DNA of 64,000 bases from Candidatus Micrarchaeota archaeon (GCA_020854825.1 JAHKLY010000001.1:64001-128000), one strand, 5' to 3'; positions 10,014-19,603 are shown, numbered from the stretch's first letter. Notes: a model not told the origin generated them from the sequence alone. Numbers and translations: made by a program.

Positions 10014-10209
10014 GGGCTCGTAGCGTAGTTTGGTAGCCTTTCTTTTCTTAAAAGAAAAGAAATCCTTGAAAAAATGGAAATTGGCTGAATAAATAACGCG
10101 CTTGGCTTCGGACCAAGAGATCGTCGGTTCAAATACACTTTTTTCTTTTTTAAAAAAAAAGAAAAACCTGTACTAAAAAGAAAAAATGATGAAACTCCGG
10201 CCGGGCCCG
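10014..10209 (+). tRNA. tRNA-Arg(UCG) with two non-canonical introns (10034-10092 in the D-loop, 10134-10195 in the T-loop)
   Basis: Spliced sequence GGGCTCG TA GCGT AGTTTGGATA ACGC G CTTGG CTTCGGA CCAAG AGATC GTCGG TTCAAAT CCGGC CGGGCCC G folds into a full cloverleaf; anticodon TCG at 10108-10110; BHB-type junctions. Confidence 0.92.
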
Positions 10210-10211
10210 CT

Positions 10212-10568
10212 TTATATTTCAAAAAATTTAGTTTTACTTATTAAAATATACAAACATAATAAAATGATTAATACTAATCCCCAAAATAGTTCAAAAAAAG
10301 TATTTAAAGCAATTATATAACTTATCCAAATTAATAACACAAAAATCCAAAACCTTGCAAATTTTCTTTTAAATACGGCTATTGAAGCACTAAATAAAAT
10401 AATCACTATCGCCATTAACCCTTTATATAATGGTTCAATATCCCAGTATTGAATATAAGTCATTATTGATGCACAAGTAGATAAAACAATATTAATTACA
10501 ATTACTTGAAGATGATTTAACAATTCTCTTTCTTTTTTTCTCCAATTAAAGAACACTTCTTCTTCCAT
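10212..10568 (-). CDS. Hypothetical four-TM membrane protein
   Basis: Four hydrophobic segments; overlaps the end of rsmA. Confidence 0.55.
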   Translation of the reverse strand: MEEEVFFNWRKKERELLNHLQVIVINIVLSTCASIMTYIQYWDIEPLYKGLMAIVIILFSASIAVFKRKFARFWIFVLLIWISYIIALNTFFELFWGLVLIILLCLYILISKTKFFEI

Positions 10569-11317
10569 TCTTGCACCTTTTTTGAAATACTTAATATTTC
10601 TTCATTAGTAAGTTTAAAAACTCTTTTGTCCCTATTCTCTATTTCCTGTATTTGTTCTTCAATACATTTTTTAGAAATTTTGATATCATAACATGAATCC
10701 AATAATGCATTTTTAAGTGTCTTTTTCTTATGATTAAATAAGTATCTGATTATCTCTTCTGTTTTAAAGTCTATATTTATCTCTTTTTTTTCTAAAATTA
10801 TAACTATTGAATCAACTTTTGGTTTTGGGTTAAAATTAGATTTATCTACTATAAATTTAGTATTAATGTTAAAATACATTTGAGATATGAAACTTAAAAA
10901 ACCATATTTTGTTGACCTTTCAGTTTCAATTAATTTCAAAACAAATTCTTTTTGAAACATCAAAACAGCAGTATTAAATTTAAATTTTCTTAAATGAAGT
11001 AAAATATCTGATGAAATATAATATGGGACATTTCCAATAATAATATCAACTTCTCTAGGGGGAAATTTAAGAAAATCCCCACATAATATTAGCACATTCT
11101 TTTTTTTCTGAAATTTTTGTTTTAATAAATCACAAAATTTCTTATCTTTTTCAACACCTATAACTTTTTTTGCCTTTTCAGAAAGAAGTTCTGTTAATCT
11201 ACCATCGCCTGCGCCGATTTCAAGAACAATTTTGTTATTAATATCTACCAACTTTATTTCTTTTTTAAGAATTTTAGAGTTAACAAAAATTTGCCCTAAT
11301 TTTTTATTTTTTTTCAT
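10517..11317 (-). CDS. rsmA: 16S rRNA dimethyladenosine transferase
   Basis: KKLGQIF, VLEIGAGDG.LT, GNVPYYISS, MFQKE, F.PKPKVDS. Confidence 0.95.
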   Translation of the reverse strand: MKKNKKLGQIFVNSKILKKEIKLVDINNKIVLEIGAGDGRLTELLSEKAKKVIGVEKDKKFCDLLKQKFQKKKNVLILCGDFLKFPPREVDIIIGNVPYYISSDILLHLRKFKFNTAVLMFQKEFVLKLIETERSTKYGFLSFISQMYFNINTKFIVDKSNFNPKPKVDSIVIILEKKEINIDFKTEEIIRYLFNHKKKTLKNALLDSCYDIKISKKCIEEQIQEIENRDKRVFKLTNEEILSISKKVQEWKKKCSLIGEKKKENC

Positions 11318-11880
11318 TAAAACCTACTCTCCTTTGTGATAGGAGGTTTAGAAAATAAATAATATTTAGTTGTGTGTTTTATTTCATCTAATATGCGTAT
11401 AACAAGAATATGAATCGGATCTGGTATTAAGGAAACTCTTTCTTGAATATCCTTAAAAGATTCAAATAATTTTTTCTCCCTTTCTTTTTTTATTTCCTCA
11501 GTATGTTTTTTTCCGATTCCGGGAAGTAATTCTAATTGATGCTGCCTTATTGATATTGCACCACACTTATTGAAAAAATTAATAAATTCTTGTTCTTTTT
11601 CAATAATTATTTCTTTAATAACAGACTCTAACTGACTTTTACCAGTTGCAGTTAAATCTTCATATTCAATCCTCCTCTTAATTCGTTCTACTTCATTTCT
11701 TCCGTCTTTGCCTACAAAGATTTTTTGTCCTATTGAAAGAGAAGTATCTTTTTTAACAGTTATTTCAAGTAATGTAAAATACGTAGTACCCATTACATGT
11801 GCGATGGGTTCCCTATACCTATCAGTAACTCTGCCTTGAGAAAGAAAATCTAATACATATGCATATTCTTCCATCTTCAT
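11317..11880 (-). CDS. DUF655 putative RNA-binding protein
   Basis: EEYAYVLDFL, FTLLE, RQHQLELLPGIGKK; conserved rpl21e-rpo4-DUF655-ksgA order. Confidence 0.92.
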   Translation of the reverse strand: MKMEEYAYVLDFLSQGRVTDRYREPIAHVMGTTYFTLLEITVKKDTSLSIGQKIFVGKDGRNEVERIKRRIEYEDLTATGKSQLESVIKEIIIEKEQEFINFFNKCGAISIRQHQLELLPGIGKKHTEEIKKEREKKLFESFKDIQERVSLIPDPIHILVIRILDEIKHTTKYYLFSKPPITKESRF

Positions 11881-12374
11881 TTTTTATCACTCTTCTTTTC
11901 CTTTACTTTTTTTTCTTTCTTTTTTTCTTCTTTTGTTTCTGTTTTTTCTTTCTTTTTTTCTTCTTTTGTTTCTGTTTTTTCTTTCTTTTCCGCTACTTCT
12001 TGTGCTTTCTTTTTCTTCTTTATATATTCTTCCATTTTTGGTTTATAATTCATAATAATTTCAAATACCTTTTGTAATTTTTCAGAAGATAACTCAATTC
12101 TATCTTTAGCTAAAATTATTTTAAGTTGGGCTTCTTTCATAGGCATAATATCTACAATTTTTATTGCAGTTTTTTCATTAATTTCTTCTATTTCTAATAA
12201 TTGCGATATTAGCCCCTTTGTATCAGTTATTGATAATTTAACAAAATTTTCACAATAATCATGGCTGGTTTGCTGTTCATAACCTAACGGCCCTCTCTTT
12301 TTTCTTTTTTCTAATATTTCTAAAACTTCTGCAAGTGAAATATCTTTTGATTCTTTTAATTCATTTCCAATCAT
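11877..12374 (-). CDS. rpo4: RNA polymerase subunit Rpo4 (F) with Lys/Glu-rich tail
   Basis: ISLAEV..IL, LGYEQ, AIKIVDIMP; operon context. Confidence 0.9.
   Translation of the reverse strand: MIGNELKESKDISLAEVLEILEKRKKRGPLGYEQQTSHDYCENFVKLSITDTKGLISQLLEIEEINEKTAIKIVDIMPMKEAQLKIILAKDRIELSSEKLQKVFEIIMNYKPKMEEYIKKKKKAQEVAEKKEKTETKEEKKKEKTETKEEKKKEKKVKEKKSDKK
11909..11989. repeat. 33-bp tandem repeat (about 2.5 copies) encoding KKEKTETKEEK in the Rpo4 tail
   Basis: TTTTTTCTTTCTTTTTTTCTTCTTTTGTTTCTG at 11909 and 11942, partial at 11975. Confidence 0.85.
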
Positions 12375-12382
12375 ATTAACAC

Positions 12383-12664
12383 CTATTTTGATTTTTCAAG
12401 ATGAACTGCTGAAGAAATTAATTCTTTTAACTTATTTCCATCTTTTATTTCAATAACATAAGAGCTTCCTCTTTTTTCTACTACTTTACCTACCTTTCCA
12501 GTATATCTTGGATGTGGTATTCCTTTATGATAATTTCCTCTTATCTTAATAATTACTTTATCCCCCAAGTTAAATTCTTTAACAATATCACTAATTTTTA
12601 GTGTTTTTGAATTTCTTCCTACTGATCTTGTTTTTCCTGTTAATTTTCCTTTGCTTCTTTTCAT
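12383..12664 (-). CDS. rpl21e: 50S ribosomal protein eL21
   Basis: SKG...KTR, HKG.PHPRY.GK.G.V, SAVHL. Confidence 0.95.
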   Translation of the reverse strand: MKRSKGKLTGKTRSVGRNSKTLKISDIVKEFNLGDKVIIKIRGNYHKGIPHPRYTGKVGKVVEKRGSSYVIEIKDGNKLKELISSAVHLEKSK

Positions 12665-12762
12665 AAATATCCCTCTTTTAGTTAAAATAATAAAAAAGAT
12701 TTATTAAATTATAACCAACAAACCTATTTAAATACTTTCTTTTTAATATTGTTGAGTAAAAG

Positions 12763-13356
12763 GTGAAGATTTTGGCAGTAAATAATATAAAACCTAAATA
12801 CAGAATAGAAAATATTGTTGCTTCGGGAGAATTAAAGATAGAATTGGATTTATACTCCTTAGCATATAAACTAAAAGATATTGAATATGAACCAGAACAG
12901 TTTCCTGGTGCTATTCTTAAATTAAAGGAACCAAAGAGTTCATTATTATTATTTAAGAATGGAAAGGTTATTTGTACTGGTGCAAAGACAGAAGAGTTAA
13001 TTAAAAAAGCCATATTAAAAGCATTTAAATTGGTTTCCCCATATTCAAAAACTCCCCCTCCAAAAAGATTTGTAGTATCTTACGATGTACAAAATATTGT
13101 TGCTTCAGGAGAATTAAATGTTTCTTTAGACTTGTATACTTTAACTCAAAAATTCAAACAAATTGAATATGAACCAGAACAGTTTCCTGGTGCTATTCTT
13201 AAATTAAAGGAGCCAAAGAGTTCATTATTATTATTTAAGAATGGAAAGGTTATTTGTACTGGTTGTAAAACAGAAACAGAAGTTAAAAAAGCACTTGCAG
13301 TCACTGCAAAACTTCTTGCACCCTATGCAGATCCATTAGAAGAAAATAAGGAGTAG
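12763..13356 (+). CDS. tbp: TATA-box binding protein
   Basis: Two repeats of NIVAS...YEPEQFPG...LLFKNGKVICTG. Confidence 0.97.
   Translation: MKILAVNNIKPKYRIENIVASGELKIELDLYSLAYKLKDIEYEPEQFPGAILKLKEPKSSLLLFKNGKVICTGAKTEELIKKAILKAFKLVSPYSKTPPPKRFVVSYDVQNIVASGELNVSLDLYTLTQKFKQIEYEPEQFPGAILKLKEPKSSLLLFKNGKVICTGCKTETEVKKALAVTAKLLAPYADPLEENKE
12880..13263 (+). repeat. 102-bp near-perfect intragenic direct repeat in tbp (12880-12981, 13162-13263)
   Basis: Manual alignment gives one synonymous mismatch (12930 A / 13212 G); offset 282 bp. Confidence 0.92.
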
Positions 13357-13357
13357 G

Positions 13358-13365
13358 TTTATATA
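13358..13365 (+). promoter_or_regulatory. Putative TATA box for the membrane-protein operon (leaderless spacing)
   Basis: TTTATATA about 24 nt before ATG 13389. Confidence 0.5.
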
Positions 13366-13388
13366 CTTTTTCTTCGTGATTTTCTTTA

Positions 13389-14618
13389 ATGAAAGAAAAA
13401 TTACTTATATTAATATTATTCTTACTATTAGGAGGAGTATTTGCAGAATCTCCTGACTCTCTTTCTTTTAATCTTTTTCCTATGGCACTTGCAGTTTTAA
13501 TATCTTTATCATTCGCGGTTATTGTATTTTTAATATCCCAACTCGCCCAATCCCCTCAATTAGATGCATGGGCAAAAACAGAAATGACTGAAATATTTAC
13601 TACAGTATTAATTGCCGTAATACTTGTTGGTTTAATTGTTTCTGCAAATATATTGCCTACTTTAACAGGTTTGGGTGAAAATTATGAGGATTTAATTTTG
13701 AATAATATAATAAAACAAAGAACTAATACCATACGGACATTTGACCATTTAAGTCATACAAACTTTATATTAACACGATACAGTTCTTTTTCATATTCAA
13801 AAACATCTTCTATTCCCGTAGTAGATTGGTTATATACTCAATTTGAATCAAGATCACAAAACTTTGGATTGGGTCCGCTTGTATCAAAATTTAATAGAAG
13901 TTTTGATTCTTTAGGACAAGCAATATTTATTTTAACTGCAGAAAAAATAATACTTCAATATTTATTATATGCTATCCCTCTATTCTTTTTTCCTTTAGCA
14001 ATTGTGTTGAGGGCATTAACATTCACAAAAAAGTTTGGTAATATATTACTTGCATTCTGCATTGCAGGTTACTTCATATTCCCTTTGTCTGTTGTGTTTG
14101 CTGGTGAAATATACAATACACTATTACCTAATGAAGTTTTAAACTCGCAATTAAGTACTATCTTTGATACAACAAAAAGAATAGACCCTGGAAACATACC
14201 TGCACAAGGAATAATATGCAGTACAATTCCTGCAAGCATTGCTCAACTAGGACAATTTGGATTTATTGTGTCTGTGTGTGCAACCCTATGTGCAATTATC
14301 GGTTGGTTCACAGGTGGATTTTATACATGTTATGTCGCATGTAAACCAATAGCTGAAATTATTTATTATTTTGCAGTTCCCATGTTTCAATATACATATG
14401 GTGCTGCACTTTCTGGTTTTGCAGTTATGGAAGGTGCAACTTTTGATCAAACATATGATTTAATAATCAAAACAATTCTCCCATTAGTTACTCTTCAATG
14501 GTTATTAGCAATAGTTCTCCCTTTAATTTCAATAATTTTAACTATTGTGTCTGTAAAAAGTATATCCTCTGCATTAGGCGCAGATATCCATATTTATGGA
14601 TTAAGTAGGTTGATTTAA
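13389..14618 (+). CDS. Multi-pass membrane protein, paralog 1 of 6 (CedA/VirB6-like layout)
   Basis: Signal peptide, LDAWAKTE, PLAIVLRALTFTKKFG, C-terminal LGADIHIYGLSRLI. Confidence 0.75.
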   Translation: MKEKLLILILFLLLGGVFAESPDSLSFNLFPMALAVLISLSFAVIVFLISQLAQSPQLDAWAKTEMTEIFTTVLIAVILVGLIVSANILPTLTGLGENYEDLILNNIIKQRTNTIRTFDHLSHTNFILTRYSSFSYSKTSSIPVVDWLYTQFESRSQNFGLGPLVSKFNRSFDSLGQAIFILTAEKIILQYLLYAIPLFFFPLAIVLRALTFTKKFGNILLAFCIAGYFIFPLSVVFAGEIYNTLLPNEVLNSQLSTIFDTTKRIDPGNIPAQGIICSTIPASIAQLGQFGFIVSVCATLCAIIGWFTGGFYTCYVACKPIAEIIYYFAVPMFQYTYGAALSGFAVMEGATFDQTYDLIIKTILPLVTLQWLLAIVLPLISIILTIVSVKSISSALGADIHIYGLSRLI

Positions 14619-15463
14619 TGAAAAAAATATTATTTATACTTCTATTTACCATTTCCATTTGTTTTGCAGAATCAAGCATAATAACAGATTCATTAGTGTA
14701 TATATTATTAGGAGTTTTACTCTCCTTTGCAATAATTTCAATTTCATTCATGGTAGGAAAAATATTAAATCAAATTAAATTTATTCATTGGGCAAAAACA
14801 GAAATAACCAATACTATAATCTCCATCTTCCTAATATTTATAATTTTAGGAAGTATGTTTGCTTTTCTAGAATTAAGTGACAATATATTTGAAAAAGCAT
14901 ATATATACCTTGATAGTCAAACTTCAAAAGGAATTTCATATATATCTGAATTAACACGAAGCAGTTTAAATGACCAATTTGAAAGTACTTATTATGCTTT
15001 CATTGGCACCCCATTCACATCTAGTGGAGGAGCAGGTAAATCATATAGAGCATATTATTTATCATACAGCACTCAAAAGGATATTGTAGTAAATATCATT
15101 TTTGCAACAATAGTAAGTTTAGAAGTTCAAAAAATAATTTTACAACTAATAGAAAATTTATCTTTTTCATTATTCCTGCCCATAGGAATTGTATTACGGG
15201 TTTTCCCAGCAACAAGAGATATTGGTAATTTCATATTTGCTTTTGTAATTGGTGCAGCTTTTATTTTACCTATGACTTATTTACTTTATTCTAGTGCCTC
15301 AAATACCTTGCCTATTTCTGCACCTATTGATTTTGCAATGGGAGACATAACCCCAATTGCGATATTACTTCCGCAAGCAATATTTTTTCCTAATTTAAGT
15401 TTAGTTATTTTAATTACTTCAGTAATGGCAATATATAAAGGTTTCAAACAAATATTGGTGTAA
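14618..15463 (+). CDS. Multi-pass membrane protein, paralog 2 of 6 (shortest)
   Basis: IHWAKTE, LPIGIVLRVFPATRDIG; TAATG coupling. Confidence 0.75.
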   Translation: MKKILFILLFTISICFAESSIITDSLVYILLGVLLSFAIISISFMVGKILNQIKFIHWAKTEITNTIISIFLIFIILGSMFAFLELSDNIFEKAYIYLDSQTSKGISYISELTRSSLNDQFESTYYAFIGTPFTSSGGAGKSYRAYYLSYSTQKDIVVNIIFATIVSLEVQKIILQLIENLSFSLFLPIGIVLRVFPATRDIGNFIFAFVIGAAFILPMTYLLYSSASNTLPISAPIDFAMGDITPIAILLPQAIFFPNLSLVILITSVMAIYKGFKQILV

Positions 15464-17457
15464 TGATGAACAAAAAAGTATTAATCCTATTGATTTTTTG
15501 CGTTGTTCTTATTAGTGGAAATTGGATTGACAATGAATATGCAATAGATCACTTCTCAAATACTACTTCTGAAGGATTATTTATTGATGCAACACAAGGG
15601 GGAATTTTGGAACCTGGATCTGTTATCTCAAACACTTGGTTAAAAAATTGGGTATTAATGGCCATAATTGTAATACTAATATCCTTTGCTTTTGTTGCTT
15701 TGGCTTATATTATATCAAAAACATTTAATATAACTATCTTAAAAGCATGGGCAGATGTTGAACTATCTCAAATTATAGTTTCTGGAATTATGCTGGCTTT
15801 AATAATTGTGGGATTAGGTGTTTTAGATTCTATATCTGAATTATTGATTATAGATATTTTTGAAAATTTAGGAATTGAATGTGTAGAAGGCCAACAAAAA
15901 GCAATTTGTATAGCAAATTTATATTTAGATGATACATTTGATACTACAAATAAAGCTGCAAAAAATTTAATGTCTGAAACTTTAACAATAGGTAGAAGAG
16001 CTGCTTTAAAAGAAGGATGGGCACTTCAAACTTTACCTTACATGTCTTTTTCAGAATCACCAGATGCAAATTTAAGATTAATTGTAGAAAGAAATTCAAT
16101 CCTGATAGACTACTATGGAAATATATTAGCATCATTAAAAGCACAAAAATATTTTTTGAATGCAATAGGTTTTTCGATTGGCCCAATATTTATTGTGCTT
16201 GGATTAATATTTAGGTCCTTCTTTTTAACAAGAAAAATGGGCGGATTATTAATGGCAATAGGAATAGGAGTTATTGTTGTTTTACCATTAACCTATGTTT
16301 TTGCTATGTTTACTCTATCTATTCAAATATATGGTGATGAAATGCTCTCTCCATTAAATGATAATTGTCCTGCTGAATGTCTACAACAATATCCTTTAGG
16401 ATTTAATTCTAGTGATGGCTCATTAATATATTCTCCAAGTATTTTTTCTCCCTATTTACCTACAGGTAGTTCATTTTATGATTTTGAACCCTCAGAAGAA
16501 ATATGGGAAGATATATCATTAAATCATGATATTGTGCTTTGTGATTCTGTTTGTAATGGATGCCCAATAGGATGTAGAGAACTACCTTTAACCGCATCAT
16601 TATGTTTTTGTGATGAAGAAGCATGCAATGATTGTCCAAAAGAATGTAAAGTAATAAGAGAAAGAACAGATTGTTCTGAATCTGATTCAACTTATTATTG
16701 TCCAACAACTTTATGTCCAAATGAATGTAAAATGAATTTGACTCCTACATTAAATAATTGTTGGTCTTCTTCATGTGGTGATTGTCCTGCCGATTGTAGA
16801 TTTGATTATGCTGATGGAACAGATAGAACTACAACTCATCCTCATTGTCCTTCTGAATGTGATAGTTGTATGTGTAATGTAATTATCCCCTCACCATATC
16901 AAATTGATTGTAATTTAGCATGTGGAGATATATATTGGGAAAGGACAACAGAAGGATTACTATCTGACCCTTCAAGTGGATGTCCTGAAGGATGTTTAGG
17001 ATATTTACCAGAAACAACAGATGGAAATGGATGTGAAAGTTGCGCAGATTGTGATGCAGGGTGCAGATTTATTGATTCAGAATTAAGAGATCCAGATTGT
17101 GATTTTTCATGTTGTTACGATTGCCCTACTGAATGTATGATTGATACATTACCTTTGAGCCCATGTCAAGGTTGTTGGGAATGCAGTCCAGATTGTACAA
17201 CATTACCTCAAATAAGAACCGACTGTGCTTCTGTGTGTGGAGAGATTAAAGGTTTTTATGATGTAAGACCTAAAGAATTAATAAATAAAATAGAGGGTGC
17301 AGAAGGAGAAACAAATGCAAAGGCATTAGGTATTTTATTATTCCCTGCATATATTTTACCTTTATTAAGTATAATCTTAACAATTGCATTTATTAGAGGA
17401 TTTTCACAATTCCTTGGTGGTGATTATGAAATACCTGGATTGGCAAAACTTATCTAA
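15463..17457 (+). CDS. Multi-pass membrane protein, paralog 3 of 6, with a ~290-aa CxxCPxxC-repeat extracellular insert
   Basis: LKAWADVE, GLIFRSFFLTRKMGG, C-terminal LGGDYEIPGLAKLI. Confidence 0.78.
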   Translation: MMNKKVLILLIFCVVLISGNWIDNEYAIDHFSNTTSEGLFIDATQGGILEPGSVISNTWLKNWVLMAIIVILISFAFVALAYIISKTFNITILKAWADVELSQIIVSGIMLALIIVGLGVLDSISELLIIDIFENLGIECVEGQQKAICIANLYLDDTFDTTNKAAKNLMSETLTIGRRAALKEGWALQTLPYMSFSESPDANLRLIVERNSILIDYYGNILASLKAQKYFLNAIGFSIGPIFIVLGLIFRSFFLTRKMGGLLMAIGIGVIVVLPLTYVFAMFTLSIQIYGDEMLSPLNDNCPAECLQQYPLGFNSSDGSLIYSPSIFSPYLPTGSSFYDFEPSEEIWEDISLNHDIVLCDSVCNGCPIGCRELPLTASLCFCDEEACNDCPKECKVIRERTDCSESDSTYYCPTTLCPNECKMNLTPTLNNCWSSSCGDCPADCRFDYADGTDRTTTHPHCPSECDSCMCNVIIPSPYQIDCNLACGDIYWERTTEGLLSDPSSGCPEGCLGYLPETTDGNGCESCADCDAGCRFIDSELRDPDCDFSCCYDCPTECMIDTLPLSPCQGCWECSPDCTTLPQIRTDCASVCGEIKGFYDVRPKELINKIEGAEGETNAKALGILLFPAYILPLLSIILTIAFIRGFSQFLGGDYEIPGLAKLI

Positions 17458-18511
17458 ATTAAGTGTATTTACACTTTTACTATGCTTTTCTTTAGCACAT
17501 GCAGAATTTTTAGATACTCCTTCTGCAGAATTAGCATCTTGGCAAACTATGGTTTTTATTGCTGTGAGTGTCTCATTTTCAATTGTTATATTTGGTTATA
17601 TTATTGCATCTATTTTACAAAATCAACATTACACTTCTGTATTCAAAGATGAATTAATACAAGTAATATTTACTGGAATAGGCATAGCTGTTTTATTATT
17701 TATTATTGGAGTTTTTGAAATAAGTTTAATGCCGATACTAAACGAAAAACTTGGAGGAGAAGAATTAACTTTACATGCATCAGCACAGACTGCATTAGAT
17801 AAAAAACTAAACAGAGCAGAAGAAAGGTTTGAAGGAATAATTTTATATACAAATAAACTTGCAGAACAAGGTTCAAAATATGCATCATGTAGTTTCTGGA
17901 GTGTTGGATTTTATATTGGAGGATGTTCTGGCTTAAATGTTGCATTGGGTCCAATAACTACTGGTTTATCTACACTTGCAATTGGAATAACTGATTTATA
18001 TTCTTTGAATTTATTGAATCAAATTGGAATAATATTATACACTTTTCTTTTACCTCTTGGAATATTTTTTAGGACCTTCCATTTAACAAGGCAGTTTGGC
18101 GGATTTTTAATTGCTGTTGCATTAGCATTTGGAATTGTTTTCCCAGTATCAGTATTATTTTTAGAAACAATATCTCAAGATTTCCATAATAATGTTTTAG
18201 GGATAACAAGAGATCCAGAACATATTACCTATATAATAGATGACAGTGATGTTGAAAGATGCAATGAATTTAATCCTAGTTTTTCAGAACATATCAGACC
18301 TAATTTGGGATTAGGGGATGGAACTACACACGGAACAAGAAAAGGGATTCTAAATGAAACAACTTTAGATATATTAGCAGCAGAAATAATTGTTGATATA
18401 ATTTTATTTACCTTAATACTAATTATAATGCTCCTTACCTTTATAACAGCAACTGTTTCATTCTTTGGTGGAACTGTTGATTTAATGTATTTAACAAGAT
18501 TGTCGGTGTAA
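17426..18511 (+). CDS. Multi-pass membrane protein, paralog 4 of 6
   Basis: FKDELIQ, LPLGIFFRTFHLTRQFGG, FGGTVDLMYLTRL; GGTGA RBS before ATG 17426. Confidence 0.75.
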   Translation: MKYLDWQNLSKLSVFTLLLCFSLAHAEFLDTPSAELASWQTMVFIAVSVSFSIVIFGYIIASILQNQHYTSVFKDELIQVIFTGIGIAVLLFIIGVFEISLMPILNEKLGGEELTLHASAQTALDKKLNRAEERFEGIILYTNKLAEQGSKYASCSFWSVGFYIGGCSGLNVALGPITTGLSTLAIGITDLYSLNLLNQIGIILYTFLLPLGIFFRTFHLTRQFGGFLIAVALAFGIVFPVSVLFLETISQDFHNNVLGITRDPEHITYIIDDSDVERCNEFNPSFSEHIRPNLGLGDGTTHGTRKGILNETTLDILAAEIIVDIILFTLILIIMLLTFITATVSFFGGTVDLMYLTRLSV

Positions 18512-18514
18512 TGA

Positions 18515-19603
18515 ATGAATCATAAAATATTTTTTACATTGTTTGTTTTGCTTTTTTCTAACTTAAGTGCGAGCTGTGGATTTGTTTGCGACATAGTAGT
18601 AGATGAATTTCTACTGCCTACTTTTGTTGCTGTGTTTTTAACATTAGGATTTATTTCAATAATTTATATGATAGGTAAAATCACTGAAAATCCTAGATTA
18701 AATGTTTGGGCACAGGCAGAATTAGGACAAGCAATATTAACCGTAATAATAGCAGTATTTATATTAGGAGGGATTACCTGGTTTTGCACAGAAGGTTCTG
18801 GTGTTGCTATATCTGCAGGAATGTATTCTGGAGGAAGTCCATATTCTGGGAATATGTATGATATTTCTTGCAGTTATTTATCAAATATAGCAGAATACTC
18901 TAATGATGTAATGTCACTAATAAGATATAATATAGCAGTAGGAAATATTAGGGCTTCATTAAATGAATTTGGTTGTAAAGGGGATGAATTGCATGTAAAC
19001 CCATATGGGTGTGCAATGGCATTTTTAGGAGGTCCTGCTACAAGTTGGAACGCGCATGCAAGTAATTATAATTATGTTTCTTTATTTAACACTTCATTAA
19101 ACATTGCAACAATCTGTTTTTTCAATTCATTATTCCTATTATATTTATTACAATATATTAGTTCTGGATTTTTATATATTCTTTTACCTGCAGGCATAAT
19201 AATTAGAGCAATTCCTTTCTTAAGAGGCTTAGGTGGTGCTTTAATTGCAATTATTGTGGGTTTATTTTTATTTTTACCTTTTATGCTTACAATAGAAGCT
19301 ATGATTTGGGGACCAATTATGCAAAATTGGCATAGTAGTATGATCTTTCCAGATGAAAGAGATATTCAAAATGACATTTGGCCTGTTTCATTAGAAGGAA
19401 TCGTAGATATTATGGATTGGAATACAGTTGATGATTTTTCACATAATAATTTAATAGATATTTTTAAATCTACAACCCATATATTTTTAGCAGGGGTATT
19501 TTTACCATACCTTGGATTTATAGGAGTAGTTTTAGTAACGAAAGATTTTTCAAAATTACTCGGAGAAGAAGTTGATATCTCAAAATTAACGCAGTTGATA
19601 TAA
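18515..19603 (+). CDS. Multi-pass membrane protein, paralog 5 of 6
   Basis: LNVWAQAE, LPAGIIIRAIPFLRGLGG, LGEEVDISKLTQLI. Confidence 0.75.
   Translation: MNHKIFFTLFVLLFSNLSASCGFVCDIVVDEFLLPTFVAVFLTLGFISIIYMIGKITENPRLNVWAQAELGQAILTVIIAVFILGGITWFCTEGSGVAISAGMYSGGSPYSGNMYDISCSYLSNIAEYSNDVMSLIRYNIAVGNIRASLNEFGCKGDELHVNPYGCAMAFLGGPATSWNAHASNYNYVSLFNTSLNIATICFFNSLFLLYLLQYISSGFLYILLPAGIIIRAIPFLRGLGGALIAIIVGLFLFLPFMLTIEAMIWGPIMQNWHSSMIFPDERDIQNDIWPVSLEGIVDIMDWNTVDDFSHNNLIDIFKSTTHIFLAGVFLPYLGFIGVVLVTKDFSKLLGEEVDISKLTQLI

Noticed and set aside
10101-10117. Reading the tRNA as Pro(CGG)
   Set aside because: The 7-nt loop CTTCGGA puts TCG at positions 34-36; A20 and the GGGCTCG acceptor stem fit Arg
10007-10222. 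71-aa minus-strand ORF
   Set aside because: Antisense to the intron-containing tRNA; spurious
12880-13263. DGR template/variable repeat pair
   Set aside because: Single synonymous mismatch, both copies in frame within TBP, no reverse transcriptase in the window
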